Positions 12,895-25,400 of a stretch of 64,000 nucleotides of DNA are shown here, piece after piece. The DNA lies in contig CM120648.1 in NCBI GenBank assembly GCA_051362555.1, positions 11,218,587 to 11,282,586 of the forward strand. Direction: 5' to 3'. This DNA comes from Lingula anatina (Eukaryota; Animalia; Brachiopoda). The position numbers and the translations under genes were made by a program. The notes beneath the pieces were generated by a model. That model ran no database searches, was not told where the DNA came from, and worked only from the letters and a program-made list of their open reading frames with translations. Within the stretch, counting starts at the first letter, position 1. Every line of letters starts with the position of its first letter.

Positions 12895-14744
12895 AAGATT
12901 GATCAGTGTGGTAACATCTGCCATAAGGCTTAAAAACATTGCTTGTTAATGAAACCCAACCTATACGGCTAAAATGATATTGATTTCAACACCTTTCTCG
13001 TATATCTACCTTCCTTTTTTGTTTTTTGGCATAAAAAGTACACTGTCTCACGCAATTTCAAAAGAAGTCACAGAGGTAGGTTTAAGTTTCAACAAACAGC
13101 AAAGGCTGAAGATTATCAGTTAAACTGAAAATTAAAGTATGGTCTTGATCAAATCTCGGTTGCTTTGGATATTACCAACAAGACTCAAGAGCAAAGACAA
13201 GGAAGCATTCAATTCTGCTTCTTGTGATATTAATGAATGAAATAAGCGAAACGTAGCAACAAAGTGAGAAGTGTACACATCCCACTCTGCGGTTACTGCT
13301 GGTTGTGTGGTGGTTTCTCATAGTTCAGTAACCAAGTTCAACACATGGGATGAATCACAGTGTTTTCACTCCACTATTTTCACCCCATCAGGTGAGGAAC
13401 AAAAAATATTAGGAACCGGAACGCAGTCCATGTGTGTAATTGTTCAAACAGAGGAAAAAAGGTCAAAGAAAAAGAGAAACTATTGGGGCATTCACTCGTG
13501 ACATAGATTGAAACAGCTCTAGAAGATCTTTTTATCAGTTTTCAGAGTTCAAATGGCGTGGAGTAAGTTGATTGTTTTATATCACAAGGGGCTGACAGTG
13601 TCTATGGGTGTTCAAAGTCACTCCCAATGTGTGTGTTTTATGTAATCTCATTCAACGGCCACTTGATAATTAATTTATTACTTTTATTTATTACTAATAC
13701 CACCTTACAAGATGAGTAAAAGAATAAATGTATATGTAAAATAATACAATAAAAGCAGTAATTAAAACGATTTTAAGAGCAGTACGGCAAGTGATTTGCA
13801 GTGATCTGTCAACTCAATTAAGCAAACTGATTGCAATCCATCTACAATCAACTGTGGTCTCTACTCAATTCTTGCAACAATCACTGGTTTCAAACCCAAG
13901 TGAACAAACAAAGCCGTTCCAGGGCCAGATTACAGCTGGTTTGGACCGCTGCCCTGTGAACTGACTCTGAGCAAAACCAAGACACCATGACTCAATCCCC
14001 AGGTCTAGACGCTGACGGAAACTGGGAATAATTGCATCTTGTTGGCAAACCACACGTCATTATGGGGCAATTGGTGTGCTGCGGTGGTCAAAGAGGAAAC
14101 GAAGGAGAACAGACGGTTGTTTTGATACCGCACAAAAAGACCCTTCTACACATGTGTCATCTTTTAGAGCAATTCGGTTCTATTGCAAAAATACAATGTT
14201 GTGGTTGCCTTAGTAGGGCTGCCATCAAATTTCCCGCTTTGAAATATTGAGCCCTGGTTTACCACAGTAGATTGCTTTACCAAATGCAGAAGACCCTGCA
14301 TTGAACAGCCATATATTGAACAGAATTAGATCAGTTTGTCATTAAGTACATGTATATCTGATTCAGCATCATGTTTACTTGTCTTTTTTAAGGTCCTCTG
14401 ATGATGCCATCCTGACAGAAGAAAACATGTTGTCCTGAAAACAAGTGATTCTATTGTTTCCATTCCCTTCTCTCACATACACAAACATTTCTTGTTGAAA
14501 TATTATTAACTGGTTGGTAACATTTTGCATGTGATATAAAAGTAGCAACAGGTGTCAACTTGGAAATATTTTTCTTTGAATTATATGAAAAAAAATTTTT
14601 TAACTTCTCAGCAGATGCAGTGGCTTCAAGCAGACAGTCTCAATGCTCAAAAGAACCACAAAGTTTTTTTCAACACTGAAGTGTCCTCTCAAAACCACCA
14701 CCTTGAACAAGTTGTTAAAAGACAAAAAAAAAATACAAGACTAA

Positions 14745-14959
14745 GGCTGTGTTCCCAGAGCTTTTAGATCGATCTATCCCCGCGGGGAGTCTCACTAGAT
14801 TACTATGAGATAATCTGGCTTAAATGTCCGTCCCGCCTACTACAAGCTGTAAGGGGGTAATTAACTTTCATGTCCGCCCGGCTGACAGCTATTAAGCGTG
14901 TACCCCCAGGGAGTTAGGTCGATCTAAAATAGATCGATCTAATCTCTGGAAATGGGGTC
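14745..14959 (-). mobile_element. MITE family A (inverted copy)
   Basis: Reverse complement of the 16606 copy; flanked by TAA/TTA. Confidence 0.9.
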
Positions 14960-15325
14960 TTATTGGGGAGTAGGTAAAGATCGAGTATCTCTGAAAAGTC
15001 TATGACTGGACAATATTGCCATAATACCACTCTGGGTGCTGGTTTGGGGAGCTATTAATAGACATATTTGTTCAAAAACAAGGGAGGGTGTATTACCCCT
15101 GTAAGTAAACTGTTGATATAAGCACTGTTATTGTTATTGTGCTTGTTATTGAAGGCATTAGAGTTCATTGGGACTAATACAGTTATTGTTGCACTTCCGC
15201 TAATAATAGGAAACAATTGATACTGTGTTTTGAGGTTTAAGATTCCTTTGCATAACGCTGTACTTTCTGTGTCATAGAATCTTTCTAAGACAAGCTAAAC
15301 TGTGGGTGGAGGCACTAACACCCCC

Positions 15326-15376
<51 letters not shown>
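15326..15376. repeat. (CT)n microsatellite
   Basis: Directly visible. Confidence 0.95.
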
Positions 15377-15381
<5 letters not shown>

Positions 15382-16605
15382 TTACTAAAATTGGTGATGG
15401 ATATTTTGGCCTTTTCCCATGTTCAACTCAAAATGTTGTTGTATTTTCTCACAAACAAAAATGGGGAGAGTCAAATTGGTGAAGTGTTTGGGAGTTTTAT
15501 GGTTCTACATGTTGAAATGCGAGACTGACTGTGTTACATAACATCTCTTTCCGCCAAAACAGCTGAGGTGCCATGTTGTTCATTCGGTAGGGGATGTCTG
15601 ATCCAGGAACACTCCACAATGCACTCATCAATGTAGCTTGTTGAAAACAGATCAGTCCAAAACACACAGAATACAAAAAAAATTTAGCCCAAAATTTATC
15701 AAAGTAGTGAACCCCTGTACATCTATTTCAAATGGCAAAATTGACAAATACATAACATAAACTAAGAATTTCACAGTCAATGAGAAAATCAACTAAAACT
15801 GATTGCAATCAATAGAAGCTAAGCAAAATACCTTCAACCAACCAACATCCCCCCCCCCCCCTCCGTCTCCCAACCCTGATTTTTCCCTCTCCAGTGTACC
15901 ATGACAGGTGAATCCCCAGCAGGAGGTGACCCAAGTACAAGAGATTTACATGAAACTAGAAACCACAACACGGCACACCTGAATACAGCACACAGGCAGT
16001 GATGTGAGACTGCGGACACTTACATTTTAACTGACCTGGGCATGATATGAATAACAATTTCATGGAAATCCAAATTTTTTGGGGTTACTTCTCAAGAGGC
16101 CTTAAAGTAATGATATGACTGTAGCAAATGACGGATTTAATATCTAAAAATCCAGACTTCAAATTTATACAATAATCATAACTTGGGAGAGAGGGGGGCT
16201 ATTAGGACTATCGCCAGAAAATGAAGTCAAGGTGCAAAAATGGTTACAAAATTCATTTTCCAGACCATCCACCAATTTACAGAACAAACATGATAGAAAA
16301 ACAATGTCCTATTTTCCCAAGTTCCTGAAATATCTACCTAATGGCCCCAAGTTTGCTTTCAGTGAAACCAAAAACTAAGTGCTTCTTACGCATATTTATT
16401 TTGATACTCATTTCTATCACACTACAGCAGGAGTGCAATTGTGGCTGTATTTAGAGGCAAACTTCAGCTACATAAAGATGTACGTTTTAAAACATATGCG
16501 TACTAGTATGTCCATACTTACGGACATCGGCACTTGATTGCATTACCCCATATACTGATATCCCCACATAAAACCAGAGGGTAGTGATCAACAAAATAAA
16601 TATAA

Positions 16606-16820
16606 GACCCCATTTCCAGAGATTAGATCGATCTACTTTAGATCGACCTAACTCCCTAGGGGTTCACGCTAAATAGCTGTCAGCCGAGCGGACACGAAAG
16701 TTAATTACCCCCTTACAGCTTGTAGTAGGCGGGATGGACATTTAAGCCAGATTATCTGACAGTAATCTAGTGAGACTCCCCGCGGGGAAAGATCGATCTA
16801 AAAGCTCTGGGAATACAGCC
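16606..16820 (+). mobile_element. MITE family A
   Basis: GACCCCATTTCCAGAG ... CTCTGGGAATACAGCC with TAA TSD; repeated TAGATCGATC subterminal motifs. Confidence 0.9.
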
Positions 16821-19182
16821 TAAGTACTAGTGTGGTGATTGCAATTTATTGTCAGATTCCAAAGGCTTGGATTAATTCGATGTTTAAAGCCAATACTAAT
16901 TCATGTAGATTCAAATTTGACCTTCTGATCTTGTCAACACAACAAAACTTAATATCTGTATCAGTGATATAACCATTTGAGGGACAATGGGGCTTTTAGA
17001 CCCACCAATCTCTGTACAAAACAGGTAGAAAACTGAGCAAATTCTAGGAATAGTGTTAATTCAAGCCTCTCAAAGAACAAAACCAACAAGCTTGACTTGT
17101 TTTTTAAATATCAATCCTAACAAAACTACCTGAAAGTGGACTTAAGCAACATCTCCCTTGAAAAAATATAAACTATAGCAATGAAATCTTCTTTACCCTT
17201 GACAAAAGTGTGCTTATTATTGATAGCATTTTTACTTCTCAAATTTGATCAAAGATGTTAAAATGTGGGAAGATAGATTTAATATCATGGCATGTGTCAA
17301 TTCTTGCAGTTTAAACAGGTATATAACAGCTAATATGACAACCCCCTTGCTAGAAATCCCAGTCTTCTCAGGGACGTCAATGAGGCCACTAAACACACTC
17401 AGAGGTGTCAAAATTAACGCAAAGAGTCCTCTTAACCTGAACAGCCAATACGATGAAAGACGAATAAGAACTTCAACAAACTTTAAACCCATGCACAAGA
17501 CATTTGTAAACTGCTTAGGGGTAAAGTGTATGTTCTTCTTTTAATGTTAAGTCACAGAACTATGTAAAGTCATTAAAGTTGATGGAAGTTTTTGACACTA
17601 CATGCGGGTCCAAATTTTTGTCCTTCAAAGTTACCCGTCACCTTTGAATTACTCTGACTACACATAATGGTTAATATTGGAGCCTTACGCAAGTGATTGT
17701 CATTGTGATGTTAAAGCTAAAAAGTTGACTGTGATGCGAACCGTGTCCTGAACTTTTCTGCCCACTGGTCAGTAGGAAGAGCGGACCTCAGTTTGACCAC
17801 TACCCTGAATAATATACATCTGAAGGTGAATTCTAGAGATGATTGAAAATCATTCTAAAACTAATACTTAAATATCTGCTAGCACGATCAAACTAGTTAT
17901 TCAGATAAATTCTTTTTATTTTCTTTCCAAATCCAGCATCAAATCTATTAGTCCAATGCCAATGTCTGGTGACTGTGAACACCCAAGTTTGGGCTGAAGC
18001 TAGAGTTAAAGGTGAAAAGAAGCCTAAAACTATAATGTAAAAACAACTCTAACATGTACATCTTTATCAGAAGACCATTGCTTACCTTTCTTAAAAAAGG
18101 ATATCTTTAATATTTTAAGCATACACTAACTTAAATTGAAACGAGAAGACATCAGGACAAAGCCCAGTGTGCTGCACTGTTAAGTGCATTCTAATCATTC
18201 ATCAACATGTCTCATTTTCATTTGAACCTTTGTCTGTGAGAGGCAATTAAATAACACTTTCCGTCATGTCTATGTACTAAAATAATGTAACTTAATCATT
18301 GGTGTTCACCTGGGTCCTGGTTGTAACTTGATTATCCAAGAATTATTGCATCAATCTATTCTACAAATGCACTGTGTGTAAAAATACATCCTCAAGATTT
18401 ATTGTGTGCTTCATATGTACCAAGACTTCAGTAAAGTTTATAAAAATTTTGCCAAAATATTTGCTCATCAAAGGATATTTAAGTCAAATCTTTTTAAAAG
18501 TCAATATGTTTCATACTGAAGAAATTGGCCCCTGCTGTGAAATCTCCCCCCTCCCATCCATCCACCCACCCACCCAGCCAAAATGCTATCAACTGACCCA
18601 TGTCTTAGTAATCTCCATGCCAAATGAGAGATAATATCACATTCTGGGGATAGTTATCCTATATGACACAGGAATTTCACTGTAGTACATTCACGGGCAA
18701 TGAACCAGTGAAGATGGCAGCTGACGTGTGCTGCCAACCTTGTGTGAGTCTCACGACTAATTACGTTACAACACAGTATTACGTATCCTGTCACAACACG
18801 ACAACAGACGAGTCCTCAAAGACTCGAGCTGCCTTACTTACACTTTAAAACATGCATTCTGACCTTACTTTGTTATGGCTGTTATCACACATATTTATGC
18901 TTTATCTAATAATGACAGAGACGCTCTGTACGTCTGACATGTTTTGTGCATATTATCTCATCATTTCAGTTTGATATTTATCCTCTCTGGTGACTTTAAA
19001 AAGAAAGAATTTTCAGCGCCTCTGGCTGAGAGACATTGTCTACCTTTAACCAAGGTGCATTCCACCTGTTACACACCCACGAGGCTGATAATGTTAACAG
19101 ACAGCTTTCCCACTTTTTTTAGGCTCTTTACTAAATACTGAAGGCAATTTTACTTCATCACTACTAAATCAATACACTTGAT

Positions 19183-19394
19183 GAGGGTGGGGAATACCTT
19201 CTGCGTTTTGCGTGATTGGCCTTATTTTTCGAACTTGATGCATTATTTGAGCCCAATATTCTGTGTGAAACGTAAGTCAGGAATTCTAGGTGATTGGTGA
19301 TTGGCCTGAATATATCTTAGTGATTGGTGATTGAGCTGTTTTAATCTTCGTGATTGGTGATTAAGGGGGGGGGGGGGGGGTATTCCCTACCCTC
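19183..19394. mobile_element. Unclassified MITE with GAG termini and 6-bp TSD
   Basis: TIR GAGGGTGGGGAATACC / GGTATTCCCTACCCTC with CTTGAT TSD; internal ~30-bp repeats of GTGATTGGTGATT. Confidence 0.85.
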
Positions 19395-19821
19395 CTTGAT
19401 TGCATGATAACATGCTGTGAACACTGTACAATTAATCAACATCATTGGTAACGTATTAGATTGGCTGAGTTGAGAATGACTGCATAAAAAAAAGAAGAAA
19501 GCTAGGAGCCATGAGAATGTTCCCCTAAGAATTTCCTACAGTCATACATCTATCATCCACAAATTAAAAAATCTCATTTATTGCTCTCACTGACATCAGC
19601 CATCATTTTCTAATTCAGACTACAGTTTCTCATTATAACAAGCAATCTGACTTATTTCATCCCTATCAAATTATACCTGTCCATTTTTACAAAAACATCA
19701 TTTTGGGTGAGGTAATGATCAAATTTGCTTTGTTATATCATAAATTTAAGAGGCATTAAGTAACCTTAGACTAATAAGGTCAACCTGAACTATGTAATTG
19801 TGGGGTGTCAACCTGAACTAT

Positions 19822-20012
19822 GACTGGGTTCCCATGCCTAGATCGATCCATTTGGATCAGTCTAACTCCCTGAGGAGTCTCACTAAATTGCTATCAACTT
19901 AACTAGTTTAGTGTCTGCCATGCCTACCAAATCAGCTAGGGGGTAAGGACAATTATCCCCTAACAGCTTTACTAGGGAGATAGATCGATCCAAATATCTG
20001 TGGGAATGGGAT
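19822..20012. mobile_element. MITE family A, degenerate
   Basis: Shares TAGATCGATC, CTAACTCCC and GAGTCTCACTA motifs with family A. Confidence 0.7.
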
Positions 20013-20021
20013 GTCAACCTG

Positions 20022-20438
20022 GGCCCAGTTTCATCAACACTGGAAAACACTATCCTTTAGATAAAATTGATATTTTCCGGAAAGTTATTCTGAGGACAGC
20101 AGCCTATTTTAACCACTGGAAAGCATTATCAGAGACAAAAATAAATATCTAGTGTTTAGTAAACATAACTTTACTATTACCCACAGGATAACTGCCCAGA
20201 GGATAACAATTTTATGGATAGTGTTTTCCATAGGAAAGCAGGGGCGGATTTAGGCCGTCTTCTGGGTCTTCCGGAAGACGGTCAGATTTTCAAGTTTACA
20301 TAGACGGATATTAAACTTTTTCTGTCGGAAGATGGTCAAAAATGAGGATGGATCAACAAAGATATTTTGGAAGACTGTCAGAAAATATCTCTGGATCCGC
20401 CCCTGGAAAGTGCTATCCAGTGTTGACGAAACTGGGCC
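20022..20438. mobile_element. Harbinger-type MITE with CTG TSD
   Basis: TIR GGCCCAGTTTCATCAACACTGGA / TCCAGTGTTGACGAAACTGGGCC, with CTG duplicated on both sides. Confidence 0.88.
20239..20405. mobile_element. CAG...CTG MITE with 5-bp TSD, nested
   Basis: CAGGGGCGGAT ... ATCCGCCCCTG flanked by GAAAG/GAAAG; internal GGAAGAC repeats. Confidence 0.85.
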
Positions 20439-22399
20439 CTGAACAATGTCATCTTGGGGTGTCAACCAGTTCAATGTCATCCTGGTCTGTCAACCTGTGC
20501 AATGTCATTCTAAGGTGTCTACAGGTGTTTTGACACTTCAGTACACATGTGATTTATTCAAGGTGCAGCACTGGTTCACTGTCTCCATACTCAAATGTAC
20601 TTGTTTAACTTTTACTTTTTAACTGGTTGTCGTTGCCTAGTGTATTAATACAATATTGAAATAAATGCCTCCATTCTATGATAAACAGAAACTGTGAAAG
20701 AAATAAGGAAGACGTGCACCTTGCTTACAATTATAAGTTGACAAAAATATACTCATATTCCCCATTTCTAGTAGTTTAAACTGGGCGAAATGTCCCAACT
20801 TTCCTATTAAACAATTGAAAACAAATTGCGAATGAAGTGAGCAACGTTATCAGAGACCTACCTCACAAGAGTGAGATGTGAAAAAAAACCATACTTTTAA
20901 AAAGGTAGTTAACAAACCTCCCTACCTCCCAAAAGCTAATTATGAGATGCCTATGTACCCAAGGTTATCTTAATTAAGTGGATCAAGTACAGCACCAACT
21001 TCACCTGCTTGGTTCTCTGCTGGACATTGTCAAATAGCAATGTCCAGACAATTTAGATAAAGTCATAAGAGGAAAATCAGCTTAAGGTATCAACATGTCT
21101 GTATGGTTTGTTAACTCAAAACAACATGCACATGGCAGACATGTTTTTTTTTTCTTTTAAGGAGAGGTGTGTTAGGTATTAGTCTAACTATTCATTCACA
21201 GGTACAAACTAATAGCTTTCAGGAACAGAAATAGGGACAGAATCTCTATCAGAACCTTTGTGGATAGGTTTTGCAGGCCGCTCTATGCGCGACATCCTTG
21301 AGAGAGAGAAAATGTTGAATATGGGACTGGAAAGATATTTTTGTAGAACTTTTTGAACAACTTTGGCCTTATTTTTCTGGAAGGTGGCTTAACCCCCCCC
21401 CCCCCCCCCCCCAATCCCCTCCTCTACACTGTCGCACACACGAACACACACACACACACACACACATGAACAAAAAATATGAGTTAATTTCACATCTCAT
21501 AAAAGGAAAATAAGACATACAAAAATAAAAACAGCTAGAAACTGATGTTCTTCAGTGTTTTCTCTGTGCCCAAGGTTGGTTCCTTGTTTAAATCCCCTGC
21601 AATGAGCCCTGCATGTGGCATCTGTAAAATATACACACCTATGTTCTTCAAGATGGAGAAAGAATACACTTGAGGATTTTATAAACAAACTCTGGTTGAG
21701 GGACCCACCAAAAAAAATGATAAGAACTTTTCCATTTGAACTCAAAGAAGCCAGAGCGGGTGTAATTTTGGTCAGAGATTCCCATCAACAAACACTGTTT
21801 AATCCATTTAAACACAGATTTTAATGTGTGTGTGTGTGTATTTGTGTGTGTGTGTGTGTTCTCATTCTAATTCCAGTGTTTTAGCAACAAAAAGGTAACA
21901 AAGTGCAATTCAAAGGAAATAAGTAAAGGGTCTAAAAAAACCTTATAAGGTGAAAGGACAAATGGCACATTAGTGCACTGACCACACCATTACGGCTTCG
22001 AAAAAAATTCTTGGCACATTCTAGCAATATTTCAGTCAATTTTTTATTAAAATGGAATTTCCGTCTTTTCCAGTGGGTTATTTATGAGCCAGTAGGAACC
22101 CTACACAGGAAGGAAAAGAAACAAATCCATTTAGTATATTATAATAGCTCCATGACCTCCACTGTAACAATCAGCCCCTGTAGATTTTCTCTGACACGTG
22201 TGTCTGAATTTGTAAGTTGAGTAACGACGAGACCTGTCCAAAAACAATAAAATCCTGCAGAGAATGCTGATATATAACTTTTGTCTAAATTTTCTACCAT
22301 AAAATTTATCCACAGAGTATATCTTTCAGCAGACATTTGTTGGCATGCTATAAAACTGTAGGCTGTTGCTGGATCCCCATCCTCACAAATTAACAATTA

Positions 22400-22400
<1 letters not shown>

Positions 22401-22445
<45 letters not shown>
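22401..22445. repeat. Poly(A) tract (45 nt)
   Basis: Directly visible; shorter tracts occur at 29061-29091 and 31239-31264. Confidence 0.95.
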
Positions 22446-22446
<1 letters not shown>

Positions 22447-25400
22447 ATGTCATCAGACAAAAAAGAATCCCAAATTTGTTTTCATTTTTACTAAAGGCAA
22501 TTCAGATCTCTGGAACTTTAAGTCTCACCATCTGCCTCTTCTTTTTTGTAAACAAAACCCAAGGGGATAAAAATAAGCCCATAAATATTTGAATTTGTCT
22601 TTTAATCCAGCCAGAAATTTATTTTCATTGCATTTTTTGGAGGTTCTGCACACACATTTCAAGTAGACTTACAGGTCAAATATTTGACATTTTCTTAGCC
22701 TCTTTAATCCTGACCACTTCCCTTCATTCTTTTTTTTTCCTCAAATAAATCTCGATGAATCATTAATCAAAATTCATTGACCATTTTCACAAGAATTTCC
22801 CTTCGTATTTTAAAAAACACTCATTTATCAGAGTAATACATAAAATTTTGTGAAGCCTGTTCAAGTGAGGTATCAATTGTTCTTACGTCTGATAACAATC
22901 ACTTTTGGGATAAACATCTTGCCACAACTTATTGTTGGAAAGTCTGCGGTTGATAATATCAAGCAATCCACGCAAACTACACACACACACATACACACAC
23001 ACACTGTGTTTATTGCCTCCAGTAAAAATTATCTTCACATTAACTTTATTCATCGTTGAAAACAAGGCACAGACCAAACCAACTCCTCTGGATTGCAGCA
23101 CAAACAAAATACCCATCAGTTCTTCTAACAGGATCAAATGTGCATCAAATAGCTCACAAATCGAAGCAGGTTTACACATAGTCATTTGGATCTCATTGCG
23201 CACCAATAGCGCACATCTGTGTAGACATCAGAAAATGGAACTGCAGTAATAAAATATACATGGAGATCGCGAGCCTGGTTTGCAAACATACCACATGATA
23301 ATTGTGTAAACACAATGTTTTCAAAGTGCTCAAGGTTCAAGTCACTCAGTGTAAATGCGATTTAATAGAAGTGAAATCTTCTTAATCTGCACGGTCAATC
23401 CCACACAAATCTCCCTGTCCCCGACGAAAGGCGAGGTCAATACCAACTTGACCCCTCAGTTGACAATGCTTTAGCTCTAAGTGTTTGCCTCAATGTTGTC
23501 CTTAAAGTCCATTGTTGTGGCATCCATTTTCCTTAAAAACTCACAGGGCTTGGTCTTGCAGGTGTGCTGTACCCTGTACCCCACATACCATTGAAAAAAT
23601 TTATCACCTATCGTGACACTCAAAGTTTAACCACAAGTTTCTTTAAAAGCACTATGTACATAACACAACTTATGAAATTATTTGTTGGATATCACAGCTG
23701 TTCTCATGTTTTCCACCATTTTCAATCAATTTGTCTAAATTAATAATGATCTGTAATGAATTTTCAATCAATTTGATAAACTCAATAGTGATCAGCGAAG
23801 AATCTGACACCTTGTAAAATGTTGAGTAAGAGTACGTATAAGAGTTCCCCAAGGAGGCGTGAAAGTTTAGATTGTGATCAGTGAAAGTTTAAACTGTGAA
23901 CGCATTGCTTAACATGGGATCTCAGGTTTTATAAGGTTGATATACATAGGTAACAGGTGAAGAAGTGCAGCCTATCATATTTCACCCATTTACAGCAATA
24001 ACAACATGGGCCCAAACCACCATCAAGCAAAATCCACAGCAATGATTCAAAAATGCCTAATTTTTACTTAAAGAATCCTTTCCTTCCCAAATTTGCCATT
24101 GTTGTGACAAAAATGAAGTCGGTTGTGATGAATGTTAATCTCAGCAAAAAGTAAGTCTAGAGTAAAATTAATTCCAATTTGCAGATTCAACGGTACATCA
24201 AGGGCCTGTGAGTGTCAGACCAAATCAGATCAAATTACTCCCAGTTCCAACCCAGCGGGTCCATTCTCCCAATGTTTTCCCTTCTGGTCATTCGGTCATT
24301 GAGTTGACCAGCGTCCAGCAGCAGGTAACTGCTCTCCCATTGTGTCTGTAATGGCCTCAGTATTTCCGTGGAAGTAATGTGGTCAGTCGGAAATGCCACG
24401 GCCATTAACTCCATAGCCCCAGTGATAACAGGACCCCTTTTTTGGCTGACCACTAGTTGTCCATTGAGTGACCGCTGGCCAGTGCTCTGGATGATTTGTT
24501 TGATATAGGTTAGTCATGTATGGGGCCTGAAATAACAATCAACCTGTGGGGACAATATGGGATATTTTGTACCCACGGGTGAAAAGTCACACCTGGTGAC
24601 ACAAGAGGGAAAACTTGGTGACACACCGGGGAACACTTAAAGCTTGTTCAGAATTAATTCCATTTTAAGGTTAAACCTTTGATGGTCTCAAATTAAAGCT
24701 AAGAACTGTCTTACAGATCTCAGGAGAAGAACAGATCCCAAAGCCTTCCGTTCCCACACAACACACACATCTAAAATCATTTGTCCCCCATCACAACTTA
24801 AATTGTTTCAGAGATAAGTGGTGAACTTAAAGCCTGCTCAGAACTTGACTAACTTCAAGGAAAATAGCCTTCAAGGTGTCAAAAGGCAAAATATCCAATG
24901 GGGAAACAACTGTAATCAATCAATCCATCAATCTGAAGCAAAAATATGGAAAAATTTTAAAGAAGAAATTTCAACAGCCAAGCAAGGAATATAAAAAGAA
25001 ACCATTGGGAAAAGAATTTTAAACAAATGTTAAGTTATTTTTACAAATATGCATAAAGATCTAAATAGTTCTTTGTCTATAAAATAAAGCTTTGAAAGAC
25101 AAATGAAACAACCCACACACAGACACTCATACACACTCACACACACACATATTACATTACACACACAAGTCCATAGCCTAGGGCCTAATAGCTCAGGGCA
25201 AAAGCTAGTGACCCCTGGTCATTCATACTGACCCCAAGGCACGCCTCACCAACCCCTTACACAATACATCACACTGGACGCTGCTTAACTTATTGCTTTC
25301 AACTAATTCCATACAACTGTTCCATACCGAATTCATGAAGGCTGTGGCTATGTCCCAAGGCCACTAATGGCTTTTTGTATATGTGTGAATGGCAGATACT

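Larger units (their letters stand above)
19779..20520. repeat. ~28-bp minisatellite interrupted by MITEs
   Basis: The unit GTCAACCTGAAC(T/A)ATGT...GGGGT recurs at about 19779, 19807, 20013/20442, 20461 and 20489. Confidence 0.75.

Noticed and set aside
16522-16554. 33-nt in-frame candidate micro-exon with a GTAAGT donor in MEGF6 intron 2
   Set aside because: Poor polypyrimidine tract, and it would interrupt the conserved ERR-TSYY junction of the EMI domain.
22401-22445. Long poly(A) as a retrocopy or LINE tail
   Set aside because: No convincing TSD or recognisable upstream retroelement or processed-gene body.
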